The translations under genes and the position numbers were made by a program. Shown in pieces: positions 35,776 to 46,901 of a DNA stretch of 64,000 nt (position 1 is the stretch's first letter; each line of letters starts with the position of its first letter). Source of the stretch: Piedraia hortae CBS 480.64 (taxonomy: Eukaryota); assembly GCA_010093745.1 (NCBI GenBank), contig MU005962.1, forward strand, positions 1 through 64,000, given 5' to 3'. Below the pieces are notes generated by a model. That model ran no database searches. It saw nothing but the letters and a program-made list of their open reading frames with translations, and was not told where the DNA came from.

Positions 35776-36526
35776 AGCTTTGTAATATATTCCTCTGGGA
35801 CATCGTCTATCTTTGTCCCGGGTGGGTCTAGAGTTTCGGGGTTCCGGGAGATATACGTGGAATGGTGGCATGAGAATGTGAGGAAGGGGGGGTGGGCGAG
35901 CAAGAAGGATCTTGAGCTTTTGTCAATCCAGCTCCGTACGAGATCTCCTTCCGATGTGCAGAAGTGGAAGATGGTCTTGGAACGTACTTAAGTTATGATC
36001 GGCAACATTTGGCAGGAGCAGCCATGGGGGCTAAGGAGCATTAGGAAGAGATGGGATTTGGACCGCAAGGAGCTACTCAGGACGAGAATGTGCAGGTTCA
36101 AGCGTCCAAGTATCGGGCGAGGACCAGTTGTCAGACACCTGCCGAAGGTAGATAGGGCGCCGGATTTCCTAGGGGTTTTACCTCATTGAGGATGTTTCCA
36201 TGGGGGCATGGACACGTTACAGGACGTCGTCATTGCGAATGTGGATCGGGTCATGCCTCAACGTGGGGGTAGTCTTGGCACATCAGCCTCCCTCTCACTT
36301 TAAATGACAACACGTGCATGTTTGATCTCAAAAGCACCAGCTATCTGTTTCCAACAACTTTAGATGTAAATAGACTTCACAGATTGGGGCAGATGGAAAC
36401 AATCGCTGAATCATAAAGTGTGTGCGGGGCCAGAAAGTCTTGGCATGTGACGGCCCGTGCCGAGCCGTTGATTAGTCATCTCTTTGACATCCTCTGACAT
36501 AGAAACGGCCGCCCTCAAGCAATGCC

Positions 36527-39259
36527 ATGATCTCGAGGCGAATTGCCCTTGCATCGGCTCGCGGACTTACAAGACTGAGTTCTGAGCGATATGCGGCGCG
36601 GACGTTCTCGTTCTCCTCCACAGCTTCGCCTTGGCCGCGACGACGAGTGCCGGACTACGGGCGCAATGGAATCCATAACTTAACGACCGTCAGACATGCA
36701 TCTTTTTCAAGGGTTATCCCGCAACTGGCCATGAAATTGCTGCGCGTCCCGGCCATGTTTGGCGCCGCAGCAATTGGGGGCATCGCTTATCTGCAGTACC
36801 AGGCAACGCAGGCCGGAAGCTTCATAGTGGATCTCTTGGGCCAGGCAAAGGATATGACTACAGGCGCGGCAACTGGGGCTTGGCAAGGTGCTGGCGACGT
36901 TCTGGCGCAGATGGGTCGTGGCCTGGAGAGGACGCGGGACGAAGTGGCGCAGATGCCGCAATGGATGAAGGCCGTGTTTGCGGGACAGGAGGATAGCGAA
37001 GGAGGTGGAGGCGGGCCCAATGAGCCCAAAAAAAGCAATGTCGGCGCTGCCGGATCGGCGACGGCTGCGGCCTTCGCTCTGGGAGCGGGAGGAGAGGAGG
37101 ACAAAAGAGATGAAGACACAGCGGCAAGGGACGACCAGATGATGCTGCTGACGCGGAAGATGATTGAGATTCGCTCGTTGCTTCAGACAGTTGGCCAATC
37201 GGAGTCAATGACGCTGCCGTCAATCGTTGTCATTGGCTCGCAGTCGTCAGGCAAGAGTTCAGTGTTGGAGGCAATTGTCGGCCATGAATTCCTCCCCAAA
37301 GGATCAAACATGGTCACGCGACGGCCAATCGAACTTACTCTGGTCAACACGCCGGGCGTCGAGTCCGAGTATGGGGAATTCCCGGCCATGGGTCTCGGAA
37401 AGCTCACAGATTTCAATCAAATACGGAAAACGCTGACCGACTTGAATTTGGCGGTACCCGAACAAGAGTGCGTTTCTGACGAGCCAATTCAACTCCGCAT
37501 CTGTTCCCCCAATGTGCCTGACTTGAGCCTCATCGACCTTCCCGGATATATTCAGGTTGAGGCCTTTGACCAGCCAACAGAACTCAAGACAAAGATCCAA
37601 AGTCTCTGTGACAAGTACATACAGGCGCCCAACGTCATCCTCGCCATCTCGGCTGCCGATGTGGATCTGGCCAATTCCACTGCTCTCCGGGCTTCTAGGC
37701 GGGTAGACCCCCGTGGCGAGCGCACCATTGGCGTTGTTACCAAGATGGACCTTGTCGAGCCCTCTCGAGGCCGACAAATCCTATCAGACCGGAACTATCC
37801 GCTTCGTTTGGGATACGTCGGAGTTGTGTGTAAGATTCCGTCCGAGAGCAAGTCTCTATTCAATCGCGCATCCACAAACATGCTCAAATCAATCACAAGA
37901 AACGAAAAGTCCTACTTTGGGGCACATCCTGAGGATTTTGGCCCCGACTTGGCGGTCGGCACCACAACTCTGCGCAAGAAACTGATGCACGTACTTGAAA
38001 ACTCCATGTCTGCAGCGCTGGCTACGACTAGCGAAGCCATACACCACGAGTTGGCCGAGGCAGCATATGAATTCAAGGTGCAGTACAACGAAAGACCTCT
38101 GTCTGCGGAAAGCTATCTTGCTGAGAGCCTCGACGCTTTCAAGCACTCGTTCAAAGACTTTAGCAGTTCGTTTGGCAGAAAGGAAGTGAGAGAACTTGTT
38201 AAGCGGGAGTTGGACCAGCAGGTCCTTAACATCCTGGCCCAGCGCTACTGGAACCGACCCGTGGAATCGTTGGAGCCCATTGATCCTCCGAACTCTCCAG
38301 AACCAATGGATGGCCTCCCAAAAGCAGATTTACAGAATCCCATATGGCAGATGAAACTCGACTCGAGCACCTCTACCCTCACCAAGCTGGGCATAGGGCG
38401 TTTGGCAACCAGCGTCATTGCACAGGCGCTACAGGAAAACGTGCGTCAGCTGCTGGAACAGAGTCGATTCGCCAAACATCCATTCGCGGTGCAGGCGATA
38501 ACGCAGGCGTCGGACAGAATTCTACAAGAGCTTGCGTATGATACATCTGATGAGCTGGAGATATGCGTCAAGCCGTACAAGTACCGAGTGGAAGTTGATG
38601 ATCAGGAGTGGAGGCGCGGACGGAACAACATCACAAAGGCGCTTCAGAGCGAACTGCGTGAGTGCGAAGCCGCAACAACAGTCGTGGAAGAGGAGATTGG
38701 TGGGCGGCGGCGTGCGGCGGACGTCATGGCGTTCATCGACCGTGTACGCAATGGGGAGGTTGTGCTGGAAGGTGATGGAGGAGCAGCCGGGGCCGGCGGC
38801 TTCAGCGCATCGCTGCTGGCCAAGGGCCGCGAAGCCCTCTTCCTGCGTGATCGGGCCACCCTCCTCCGTCTGCGTCTTGCAGCAGTCACCAGCCGCAAAT
38901 GCGCCAACAGCGCGAACCGCACACGATGTCCTGAGATCTTCCTTGATGCCGTCGCTGATAAATTGACGTCAACCGCTGACCTCTTCCTCGATGCGGAACT
39001 CCTTTCAAAGTTCTACTATCAGCTCCCGCGCACCCTGGAGAGGGAGTTCAGGGAACTTGATGAGAGCACAGTGGAGCGGTTTGCGAGAGAGGATCCCAAA
39101 GTCAAGAGGCATTTGGATGTGGTCAGGAGAAAGGAGTTGCTGGAGAAGGTGTTGAAGGAGATGGACGGGTTGAGATTGCTAGAGGCCAGGGAGAAGGCAC
39201 GCGGTGTTAATGCTAGAGAAGAGAAGCGGAAGGGGGCGAGGCGTAACAGTTTTCTTTAA
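36527..39259 (+). CDS. MGM1: Mitochondrial dynamin-like fusion GTPase
   Basis: GSQSSGKS, TRRP, DLPG, TKMD motifs; presequence and hydrophobic segments; intronless 910 aa. Confidence 0.97.
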   Translation: MISRRIALASARGLTRLSSERYAARTFSFSSTASPWPRRRVPDYGRNGIHNLTTVRHASFSRVIPQLAMKLLRVPAMFGAAAIGGIAYLQYQATQAGSFIVDLLGQAKDMTTGAATGAWQGAGDVLAQMGRGLERTRDEVAQMPQWMKAVFAGQEDSEGGGGGPNEPKKSNVGAAGSATAAAFALGAGGEEDKRDEDTAARDDQMMLLTRKMIEIRSLLQTVGQSESMTLPSIVVIGSQSSGKSSVLEAIVGHEFLPKGSNMVTRRPIELTLVNTPGVESEYGEFPAMGLGKLTDFNQIRKTLTDLNLAVPEQECVSDEPIQLRICSPNVPDLSLIDLPGYIQVEAFDQPTELKTKIQSLCDKYIQAPNVILAISAADVDLANSTALRASRRVDPRGERTIGVVTKMDLVEPSRGRQILSDRNYPLRLGYVGVVCKIPSESKSLFNRASTNMLKSITRNEKSYFGAHPEDFGPDLAVGTTTLRKKLMHVLENSMSAALATTSEAIHHELAEAAYEFKVQYNERPLSAESYLAESLDAFKHSFKDFSSSFGRKEVRELVKRELDQQVLNILAQRYWNRPVESLEPIDPPNSPEPMDGLPKADLQNPIWQMKLDSSTSTLTKLGIGRLATSVIAQALQENVRQLLEQSRFAKHPFAVQAITQASDRILQELAYDTSDELEICVKPYKYRVEVDDQEWRRGRNNITKALQSELRECEAATTVVEEEIGGRRRAADVMAFIDRVRNGEVVLEGDGGAAGAGGFSASLLAKGREALFLRDRATLLRLRLAAVTSRKCANSANRTRCPEIFLDAVADKLTSTADLFLDAELLSKFYYQLPRTLEREFRELDESTVERFAREDPKVKRHLDVVRRKELLEKVLKEMDGLRLLEAREKARGVNAREEKRKGARRNSFL

Positions 39260-39680
39260 CTCGCATGTACATATCAGTGGCAGCGTTTACATTGGTATAC
39301 CCCGGCATTTGCTCTGTCGCTGATTTGACCGAGAATGGCTTGCTCGAGCTCATCGTAGGACTCTCAACGTTATTAGACTTCTGCGGCAGTCAGGTTTGCA
39401 ATTTACAGGGCAGGTAGACGGCACGGCGAGCAATCAAATGCTACTGATATTGGAAGCTATCTAACAACCTATTTGTATCATCGATCTTGCTATGAGGGTT
39501 CGTGCAACCATCAACTAACGTTATGTAGAAACGGTCTTTGATCATGAGAAGGCTTCTAGACGGTCAGGCTCGAAAGATGTCGAAGCTTTATCGCGCTATA
39601 AACGGCCTGTGATCCAGACAAATGGAGTCCTGGTGGCGCATCTGAACAGGTGGCACTTTTGCACAACGAACTGCGCAAAG

Positions 39681-41427
39681 ATGGACATTGAACTGTGGGT
39701 ATACGATCTCAGCCGGGGCCTGGCCAAGGCGATGAGCAGGCAATTCCTCGGGATAGCAATCGATGCCGTGTATCACGTAGGTGATTACAAGATTCCCAAG
39801 CCAAGAAAAAGCATCTCACATACAGGTTCAGACTTCATTAGTCTTCAATGGTATCGAGTACTTTTACGGCGCTGGAGTGCAGACCTGCTACCCAGGCACT
39901 TCGCACCATGGACAGCCGATGGAAAAGATTCAGATGGGCAGCACACAGCTGCCTTTGGAGGTCATAAACGACTACCTCGAGAGCCTCAAGGCCATCTACA
40001 CGCAGGAGAGCTATGATCTGTTTGCACACAACTGCAACAACTTCACGAACGACTTTGCCATGTTCCTCGTCGGAAAGGGCATTCCGCAAAACATTACAAA
40101 TCTGCCCGAGCGGGTGCTGGACACACCGTTTGGTCGCCAACTCAAGGACCAGATCTCGGTGAGTATGAAGGGCGTTACGCAGGCTCCCGTGCCCCCTCAG
40201 AACGTGCCCACACAACCAGACAAGCCCAGGTCTTCCGGTCGATATGGTCGACTAGTCAAGGTCGACTCCACCAGCTCTTTACAGAAACATTTGAATGAAG
40301 CATCGAATACGGCGGCCGTGGTTTTCTTCACCTCAGCCACCTGTCCGCCCTGTAAGATAATGTATCCCGTGTATGATGAGTTGGCGGAACAAAACCCACA
40401 GGTACTATTTCTGAAAGTCGACCTGACCGAAGCCAGGGACGTCGGCTATAGCTACTCAATCAGGGCGACGCCGACGTTCTACTCGTACTGCAAAGGAGTG
40501 AAAAAGGACGAATGGAGCGGTGCTGATCCGAGGCAGCTAAAGGCCAATGTGGAACGGGTAATCAACGAAACTTTCCCGCCTCATGCCCATCTGAGACTGA
40601 AAGTGCCGACCTTGCAATCTGGGTCGCTGAAGCCCGTGGTTTACTCAAAGGTCCCGCCACTGGAGAAGCTGCTCGGATCGTTGGGGGATCTCGGTGGGGA
40701 TAAGGATGTTCTGGCGCTGGTGGAGTTTGTCAAGGCCAGGTCCCAAAGTCCAAAGGATGCACCGCTCCCTGATCTTCAGGGCATCAGTGAAAGCTTCTAC
40801 AAGAAGATGATGACGTTACCTGTCGGAGTGCAATTTGCAGCCGTGGACCTGCTACGTTGCGCCATGGTTGACCCAAGGGTAAGCGGCTTCTGTGCGGAAG
40901 ATGCTCCTGGACTCATGTCGACCATTACATCCTACGTGAACGGATTGGAAGACTGTCCACGCAATCTGAGGCTTGTGACTTTGCATCTCTGCTGCAATGC
41001 TTTTTCTTCACCGTTGTTTGCGACTGAGGTTAGGAAGACGAGTAACCAGCTCGCGTCTGTCCTTACACAGGTAATTGTGACTTCTCTCCTAGAGACATCG
41101 CACTCGGTAACGAGGGTCGCTGCAGCCACCCTGGCTTTCAACCTGACTACTAGCAATTACATCTGTCGTCGGGAGCAAGGTCACGAAGGGCTAGCAGAGG
41201 AGCAGCAGACGGAGCTAGCCGTGTGCTTGTTAGAAGCGATGGCTACAGAAGAAAATGCAGATGCAGCCAAAAATATGCTGCTGGCGCTTGGCTATCTGGT
41301 ATATTGTGCGCCCGAGGGAGGCGAAGTGCTAGACGTTTGCCACGCCGTGGACGCGCGTGCGACGGTGAGGAAAAGCAAAGGGCCGGAAGCCCTCGCTCGG
41401 GAGGTGTCGTCGCTGTTTAACGAGTAG
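39681..41427 (+). CDS. PPPDE (DeSI) peptidase - thioredoxin - PUL domain protein
   Basis: VYDLSRG..VYH/TS, YDLFAHNCNNF (His/Cys dyad), CPPC thioredoxin motif, helical C-terminus; intron 39777-39831. Confidence 0.9.
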
Positions 41428-41584
41428 TTGCTTTTGCATCAAGTGTTATGTCTAGGTTGGCCCAGTTGTGTTCTATATCTGGGTACATCAAGGTGTCGTC
41501 CGCATGTAGAATGGCTTCAGCCACCTGCATGCCCTAGATAGCTGTCAACTCCACTCTGAAACGCCCTCCCGGAGCATTACCCGC

Positions 41585-43252
41585 ATGCCCAGTGACCTTC
41601 GCAAATCCAGCACCTCGTGGTCATACAGGCGTCAGTCTTCAGCATCGAAACATCGGCGGACGGTTGGCGGCGACGCAGCAATGCGGGAGAAGGTGAATTC
41701 AGCATGGCGGAACCAGAGCCAACGAGCGCGGTACATCAAGACGGGGTGCATAGTATTCTTCGTCGTCCTGGTGCTCTGCTACATTGTGCCTGGCCGCTCC
41801 GAATCGGCCGCGCGCGTTCCAAACCTCGGGACACGGCTGAGAGGCGGCGACGTGGCCTCAGACCCGTCCCTGGCCACGCCAAAGTGCTCCAAGAGCTACT
41901 CTAAAGACAAGCCGCTCGTCCAGTATGCGCTCATGATCGACGCCGGCAGCACCGGCAGCAGGATACATGTCTATCGCTTCAACAACTGCGGGCCGACGCC
42001 TGAGCTGGAAGACGAAGTGTTTGAGATGACGGCCAAGAAGGAAGGCGGCAGCGGCCTCAGCAGCTACGGAAGCGATGCGGAGGGTGCCGCCCGCAGTCTG
42101 GACCCGCTGATGGAGGTGGCGATCAAGAGCGTGCCGGCCAAGGTGCGCAAGTGCAGTCCGCTGGCGGTCAAGGCCACGGCTGGCCTACGGAAGCTCGGTA
42201 CAGAAAAGAGCGAGGCGATACTAAAGGCCGTTCGGCACCGGCTGGAGACGCAGTATCCGTTCCCCGTAGTCAGCGAGGAACGGGGCGGTGTTGAGGTTAT
42301 GGATGGCAAGGACGAAGGCGTCTACGCCTGGATCACGACCAACTATCTATTGGGCAAAATCGGTGGTCCAGACAAGACGCCTACGGCTGCGGTGTTTGAT
42401 CTCGGCGGCGGCAGCACGCAGATCGTCTTCCAGCCTATCTTCAAGGGCTCTTCATCGGGCGGAATGCCGGAGACGATGAAGGAGGGCGACCACAAATACA
42501 AGTTGTCCTTTGGCGGTCGCGAGTTTGAGCTCTACCAACACTCGTACCTTGGCTATGGGTTGATGGAGGCGCGCAACAACCTCCACCGCACCGTCGTACA
42601 AGGACTGTATGAAAACCACGCAGATACGTCGAGTCAGTGGCTTAACGAGCCCATTGCAAACCCGTGTCTGCACCCGGGAACTAGCCGTCAAGTCAAGGTT
42701 GCTCTCGAAGACAACCACCCACTTGGCAAGACGGTCACGGTGAATATGACGGGACCAAGCAAGGGCTCCCCGGCGCAGTGCCGGGCGCTCGCGGAGAAGA
42801 CTCTGAACAAGGAAGCAGCCTGCGCCATCGCCCCGTGCGCTTTCAATGGCGTGCATCAGCCCGCGCTGGAGAAAACGTTTGCGCGCGAGGATGTTTATCT
42901 GTTTTCTTACTTCTACGACCGCACCCAGCCGCTTGGGATGCCCGAGTCATTTACTCTTCGCGAGCTTCATGAACTGACTCACCGGGTCTGTCAGGGCAAG
43001 AGCAGCGGGGCGTGGTCTGTGTTTGAGAGCATTCCCGGCGCCATGGACGAGCTTGACGGACGGCCAGAACATTGTTTGGACTTGAATTTCATGCTTGCCC
43101 TGCTTCACACGGGCTACGACATGCCCATTGACCGAGAGGTGAAGATTGCGAAGAAGATAAAAGGCAACGAGCTTGGCTGGTGTCTGGGCGCAAGCCTGCC
43201 GTTGCTGAGCATGAAGGGCAAGGGCTGGGAGTGTCGGATTGAGAGTGTTTAA
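41585..43252 (+). CDS. GDA1: Golgi guanosine diphosphatase (apyrase family)
   Basis: IDAGSTGSR, KATAGLR, DEGVYAW, DLGGGSTQ, GWCLG; single N-terminal TM. Confidence 0.95.
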   Translation: MPSDLRKSSTSWSYRRQSSASKHRRTVGGDAAMREKVNSAWRNQSQRARYIKTGCIVFFVVLVLCYIVPGRSESAARVPNLGTRLRGGDVASDPSLATPKCSKSYSKDKPLVQYALMIDAGSTGSRIHVYRFNNCGPTPELEDEVFEMTAKKEGGSGLSSYGSDAEGAARSLDPLMEVAIKSVPAKVRKCSPLAVKATAGLRKLGTEKSEAILKAVRHRLETQYPFPVVSEERGGVEVMDGKDEGVYAWITTNYLLGKIGGPDKTPTAAVFDLGGGSTQIVFQPIFKGSSSGGMPETMKEGDHKYKLSFGGREFELYQHSYLGYGLMEARNNLHRTVVQGLYENHADTSSQWLNEPIANPCLHPGTSRQVKVALEDNHPLGKTVTVNMTGPSKGSPAQCRALAEKTLNKEAACAIAPCAFNGVHQPALEKTFAREDVYLFSYFYDRTQPLGMPESFTLRELHELTHRVCQGKSSGAWSVFESIPGAMDELDGRPEHCLDLNFMLALLHTGYDMPIDREVKIAKKIKGNELGWCLGASLPLLSMKGKGWECRIESV

Positions 43253-43525
43253 TCTATAAAATGTACCATCATCACTTTGCCATAAAGAGTTCTGCGTTGG
43301 GGTGGGGCCCCCATGTTGATGGAACGAGCAGCCCGATCAGGTTAGCGCCAACTCATAAGCTCCAACTTCACCTCTGTGTCGAGTCAAAAAAAATGTCAGG
43401 CTGATGCAAGACACCTTCCCTTTCTCAAGTCCTTGACGGCCGGTGACGGCAAGACCCGCACCTGCCTAGTCACGGGCCTTGGCAAAAGCTGTCCTTGACA
43501 ACGCACAACTCTTCTCCCAACAAAA

Positions 43526-45761
43526 ATGGCCTTTAAAGACTGGGCAACGTCGGAAGGCCTGGTGTACACGGTGCCATTGTCCGAATTTCGCAACCGCATC
43601 GTTGCAATTGAGGCCGATGACTACCTGGACGGACTGCTGAGTTCACAGGAGCCGCTGCGGCCTGCACTGGGAGGGCTTCCTTTTACGCTCAAATCGCGGG
43701 TTGACGATGACCTGAAGCGGTTCAAAGAAGCCGGAATCATCCCGTGGTTCATCTTCTCCGGAATCGACCTGCCTGTGAACCATGGTCTCTCGTGGGAGCG
43801 GAACGAGGCTCTCAGAAAGTCGGCGGCCCTGTCCGATGTGAGTTCGTTAGGGAGAGTTGCAAATCAGGACTGACGGCGTCTAGGCATGGGCGACATACAA
43901 CAGAGGCAGCGGAGACGAATCGGTCTCGCTGTTTGGCACTGCGTATAACTATAACACGTATAACATCTCACGCTGGCTCATGTTCTACCTGTACAGGGCC
44001 GGAATCTTCATTCAAGTTGCGCCGTACGCGGCGGCTGCCCAGTTGGCGTACATGAAGGAGATCAGGGAAGTTGATATGGTCATGGGCTCGCCTTCCATGT
44101 TCGTTTTCGGCGTGGATAAGGTCATGATCCGCGTCAACTGGGAGACGATGCGCGCGGTATGGGTAGACATCAAGAACTGCCTCAACAAACTTGGCATGGA
44201 GCGGGAGCAGTTCAACGACTTCTTGTTGTTGTCGGGCTGCAGCATTCTCTCGCCTCTGATCGACGAGGTGCCCAGTGTGTTGAGGATGCAGATGACGCGG
44301 GACCTCATGGCTCGCTATAACAACGACGGCTGGCTCACCTCTTACAACCGAGGCGAGAACTACGTTGATGCATATCAAAAAGCCGTGTTTGCCGTCAAGC
44401 ATGCGATCGTTTTGAGAGTTTCTGGAGCGATTGAGCCCAAAGACGCGGAAAAAATGCCCAAAGACTACCACGAATTTCTCGGTGCCAGCATGCCGCCCGA
44501 GCTGATGTTCTACATGACACGCGGGCTTATCAGTCCGAGGCTGCTTGACTGGCGCTTGCGGGCCGAATGCATCGAGATGCCGCCTTTGGACAGCGGAGAC
44601 TCTGACACGTATCACAAATTCGTGTCGCAGCAGATGGTACCGGCCAAAACCCAGGTGCTGCTTACGATGACCTCGTGGTTGCATAGGTATTTCCACAAGA
44701 GAGACGTGAACTTGCTCTGTTGGTTCAGCGAGGAGAAGAAACCGCTCGGGCTTCCGGAACTTCTGCCAGTGACGTTTGACTGCGATAGATCTTGGCATGT
44801 CCAGAGCAAAGACATCGACGCGAAGCCGTGTCTCGGCAATATCATAACCATGCTCGGGAACGACGAGGACGCTCGCAAGACCAAGACGTTGCGTGCAGAA
44901 GACAAACCTGGGGTGCTGAGAGAGCCCAATGAGCTCACGTTTAATACCATTGGCAGGTTCCTGCAAGCGTCGGAATACGTCGACAGCGATCACGTTCTGA
45001 CGGCCAAGGGCAGGGCGTACAAGGCGTCACTCGAACGTGCCAAGAAAAATGGGCTGTTTGAGATATGCGAGACGCGGAGCGAGGTTGAAGAGGCGCTCTT
45101 TATCTGCATAGAGCTGCAGCAACATGGTCTCCTCCACAGCGAGCCCTTGTTCCAGAATCCGCCTTACTCAGGCGTTCCCTTGCGCGGGTCTGATGCCGAC
45201 AAGGCCAATGCTCTGCTCGTTGCCAGAATCGCATGTCTTGCGACCTTCCACCACCGCCCCATCGGATACACAGGCCCTCTCTCGCGCAACCTCTTGGCAT
45301 ACCACCAGATGGTGGCCGTGGTGAGGCAAAGCCTTCGCGATCTCGCAGAGGTTCAAGCCTGCAGCATGTACGCATCTGGGGCAGTAAAGCGCGGACAGGG
45401 CATCCACGTTCACAGCGACCTTGCAACAACCCTACCTTTCGAAAACGAGCCAAACCTTGGAATGGCCCTTGTCGTCAAGATGTACCTGGATGAGATTACC
45501 TGGGAGCAGGCGTCGACGGCGGAGATTGTGAGCAAGTGGTTTTGCCATGCGACTGACCCTGAGAGAGATCTCGAGCGAGTGTGGAAACTCTGGGATGCGG
45601 TAAGTTTTGAGGAAGAGTGGCTTGCATTGTGCTAATGCTTTTTTTTTCTTTTTCTTAAGGTCAATGCTGGTGTTCAGGCGGGCAGCAACCAGAGTCTGCG
45701 TCAGCGGTTCAGCAGCGCGGACGAGTGGCTCAAACGGAAGACAGAGAAAGTGTCTGAGTAG
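43526..45761 (+). CDS. MKT1: Mkt1-like XPG/PIN-fold post-transcriptional regulator
   Basis: EPLRPALGGLP, VAPYAAAAQLAY, YTGPLSRNLLAY; introns 43838-43883 and 45600-45659. Confidence 0.85.
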
Positions 45762-45904
45762 TTTCTCTGGAAAGACTTGGCTTCGGTCGTGGTAAGACGC
45801 TGCTCCTGGAATACCTATTCTAATAGTAGCCTTCTGTCAGTGGGAACTCCTGGACAGAGCTAGACGCAGTCTATAGTGTACCACTACCATTCGCGGGTAG
45901 CATG

Positions 45905-46791
45905 TCACCATGACGTCCATTCATTTCCCCCTTCCAACCCATACCCTCCCCTCCCTTGCATCCGCATCTGGGGATAAGTCCTCATCTCTCCCTCCTTCCC
46001 GTCTCCCGCGTCCTTTCTTTGCTGATAATCCTCCTCTAACCAACCCAAAACCAACCCTCCCAGATCAATTCGTTCATCACACTCTCCCCACCACCTCACC
46101 CGTCCCTTCCGCAACCTCACAACATAATCCGCCCAACCCTGGAGCTGATCAAACACATTCGTAGCATAAACGACAGAACAATCCCTCCTCAGCGTCTCTT
46201 CTTTCAAAAAGTCCAGCAAACGTTTCCGCATAAGGATATCCAGATCTGCCGTAACCTCATCGAGAAAGAGAACAGTAAAAGGCGGAATAAGGCTCAGAAG
46301 AAGCTGCACCCTTCGTTTCTCCCCCGTCGATAGCCGTGCCAGATGCCATGTCGTAGGAACAGAAAGGAGTTTGAGCAACATACGGGTTCGATCTCGAAGG
46401 ACGCCTTTCCCTGCACTATCCCCAACGCCGTGTAACGTCTTCAACAACGTAGAAACAGAAACATCCCCCGCAGTGGCCGGATCAAGAGCGAACTCGAGGC
46501 CCACGTACGTGATCCCCTCTGCGTAGCTACCGAACGGGTCTCGGCCGCTGACAGACACGCTGCCGCGCGGGGAGAGGGATTTCCCCGCTAGATGGCGTAG
46601 GAGAGTTGTCTTACCCGCTCCATTCGCTGAGTTGGATTAGACGCACACTATCTAAGGCTGCTGGCGCGTTCCTTACCGCCGACGAGGAGGGTGCGTGATT
46701 TCGCGGGCAGGGAGAGGGACACTGCATGTAAACCTGGCGTGCCGTCCGGGAAGGCGGTCGTGAGGGAGGTTGAGGCAATTGTTGATGTCAT
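45905..46791 (-). CDS. CAF16: Soluble ABC ATPase, Caf16-like
   Basis: G/ANGAGKTT Walker A across intron 46627-46676, LSTGEKRRVQ signature, LDEVTADLD Walker B; ATN replaces the usual ATH H-loop. Confidence 0.85.
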
Positions 46792-46803
46792 TACCTTGGG
46801 TGT

Positions 46804-46888
46804 GGGGGGGGGGGGGGGGGGGGGGGGGGGGAAAGACTCCCTCTTATTTCCATCTCTGATATCTCCCTCTTATCTCCATCTCTGATAT
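46804..46888. repeat. G28 run plus 26-bp tandem duplication in the CAF16/MOD5 divergent spacer
   Basis: G 46804-46831; CTCCCTCTTATYTCCATCTCTGATAT twice (46837-46888). Confidence 0.9.
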
Positions 46889-46901
46889 CGCTCGTATAAC
46901 A

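Larger units (their letters stand above)
31003..36221 (-). mobile_element. Possible degenerate Ty3/Gypsy remnant (LTR plus gag-like) split by the LINE insertion
   Basis: Minus-strand TGTAACG at 36221 followed by a segment resembling the solo-LTR family (GAGGTAAAACCC..CCTATCTAC); frame VPEEYITKLWEALHDIKQ is continuous across the empty LINE site. Confidence 0.4.

Noticed and set aside
35781..36221. TGTAA...TTACA segment as a clean solo LTR
   Set aside because: Flanks AGCTT and GGACG are not a TSD, and a gag-like frame runs through the left boundary.
43968..44993. 341-aa antisense ORF, and similar ORFs opposite MGM1, PFA3 and the C2H2 gene
   Set aside because: Shadow frames of GC-rich coding sequence.
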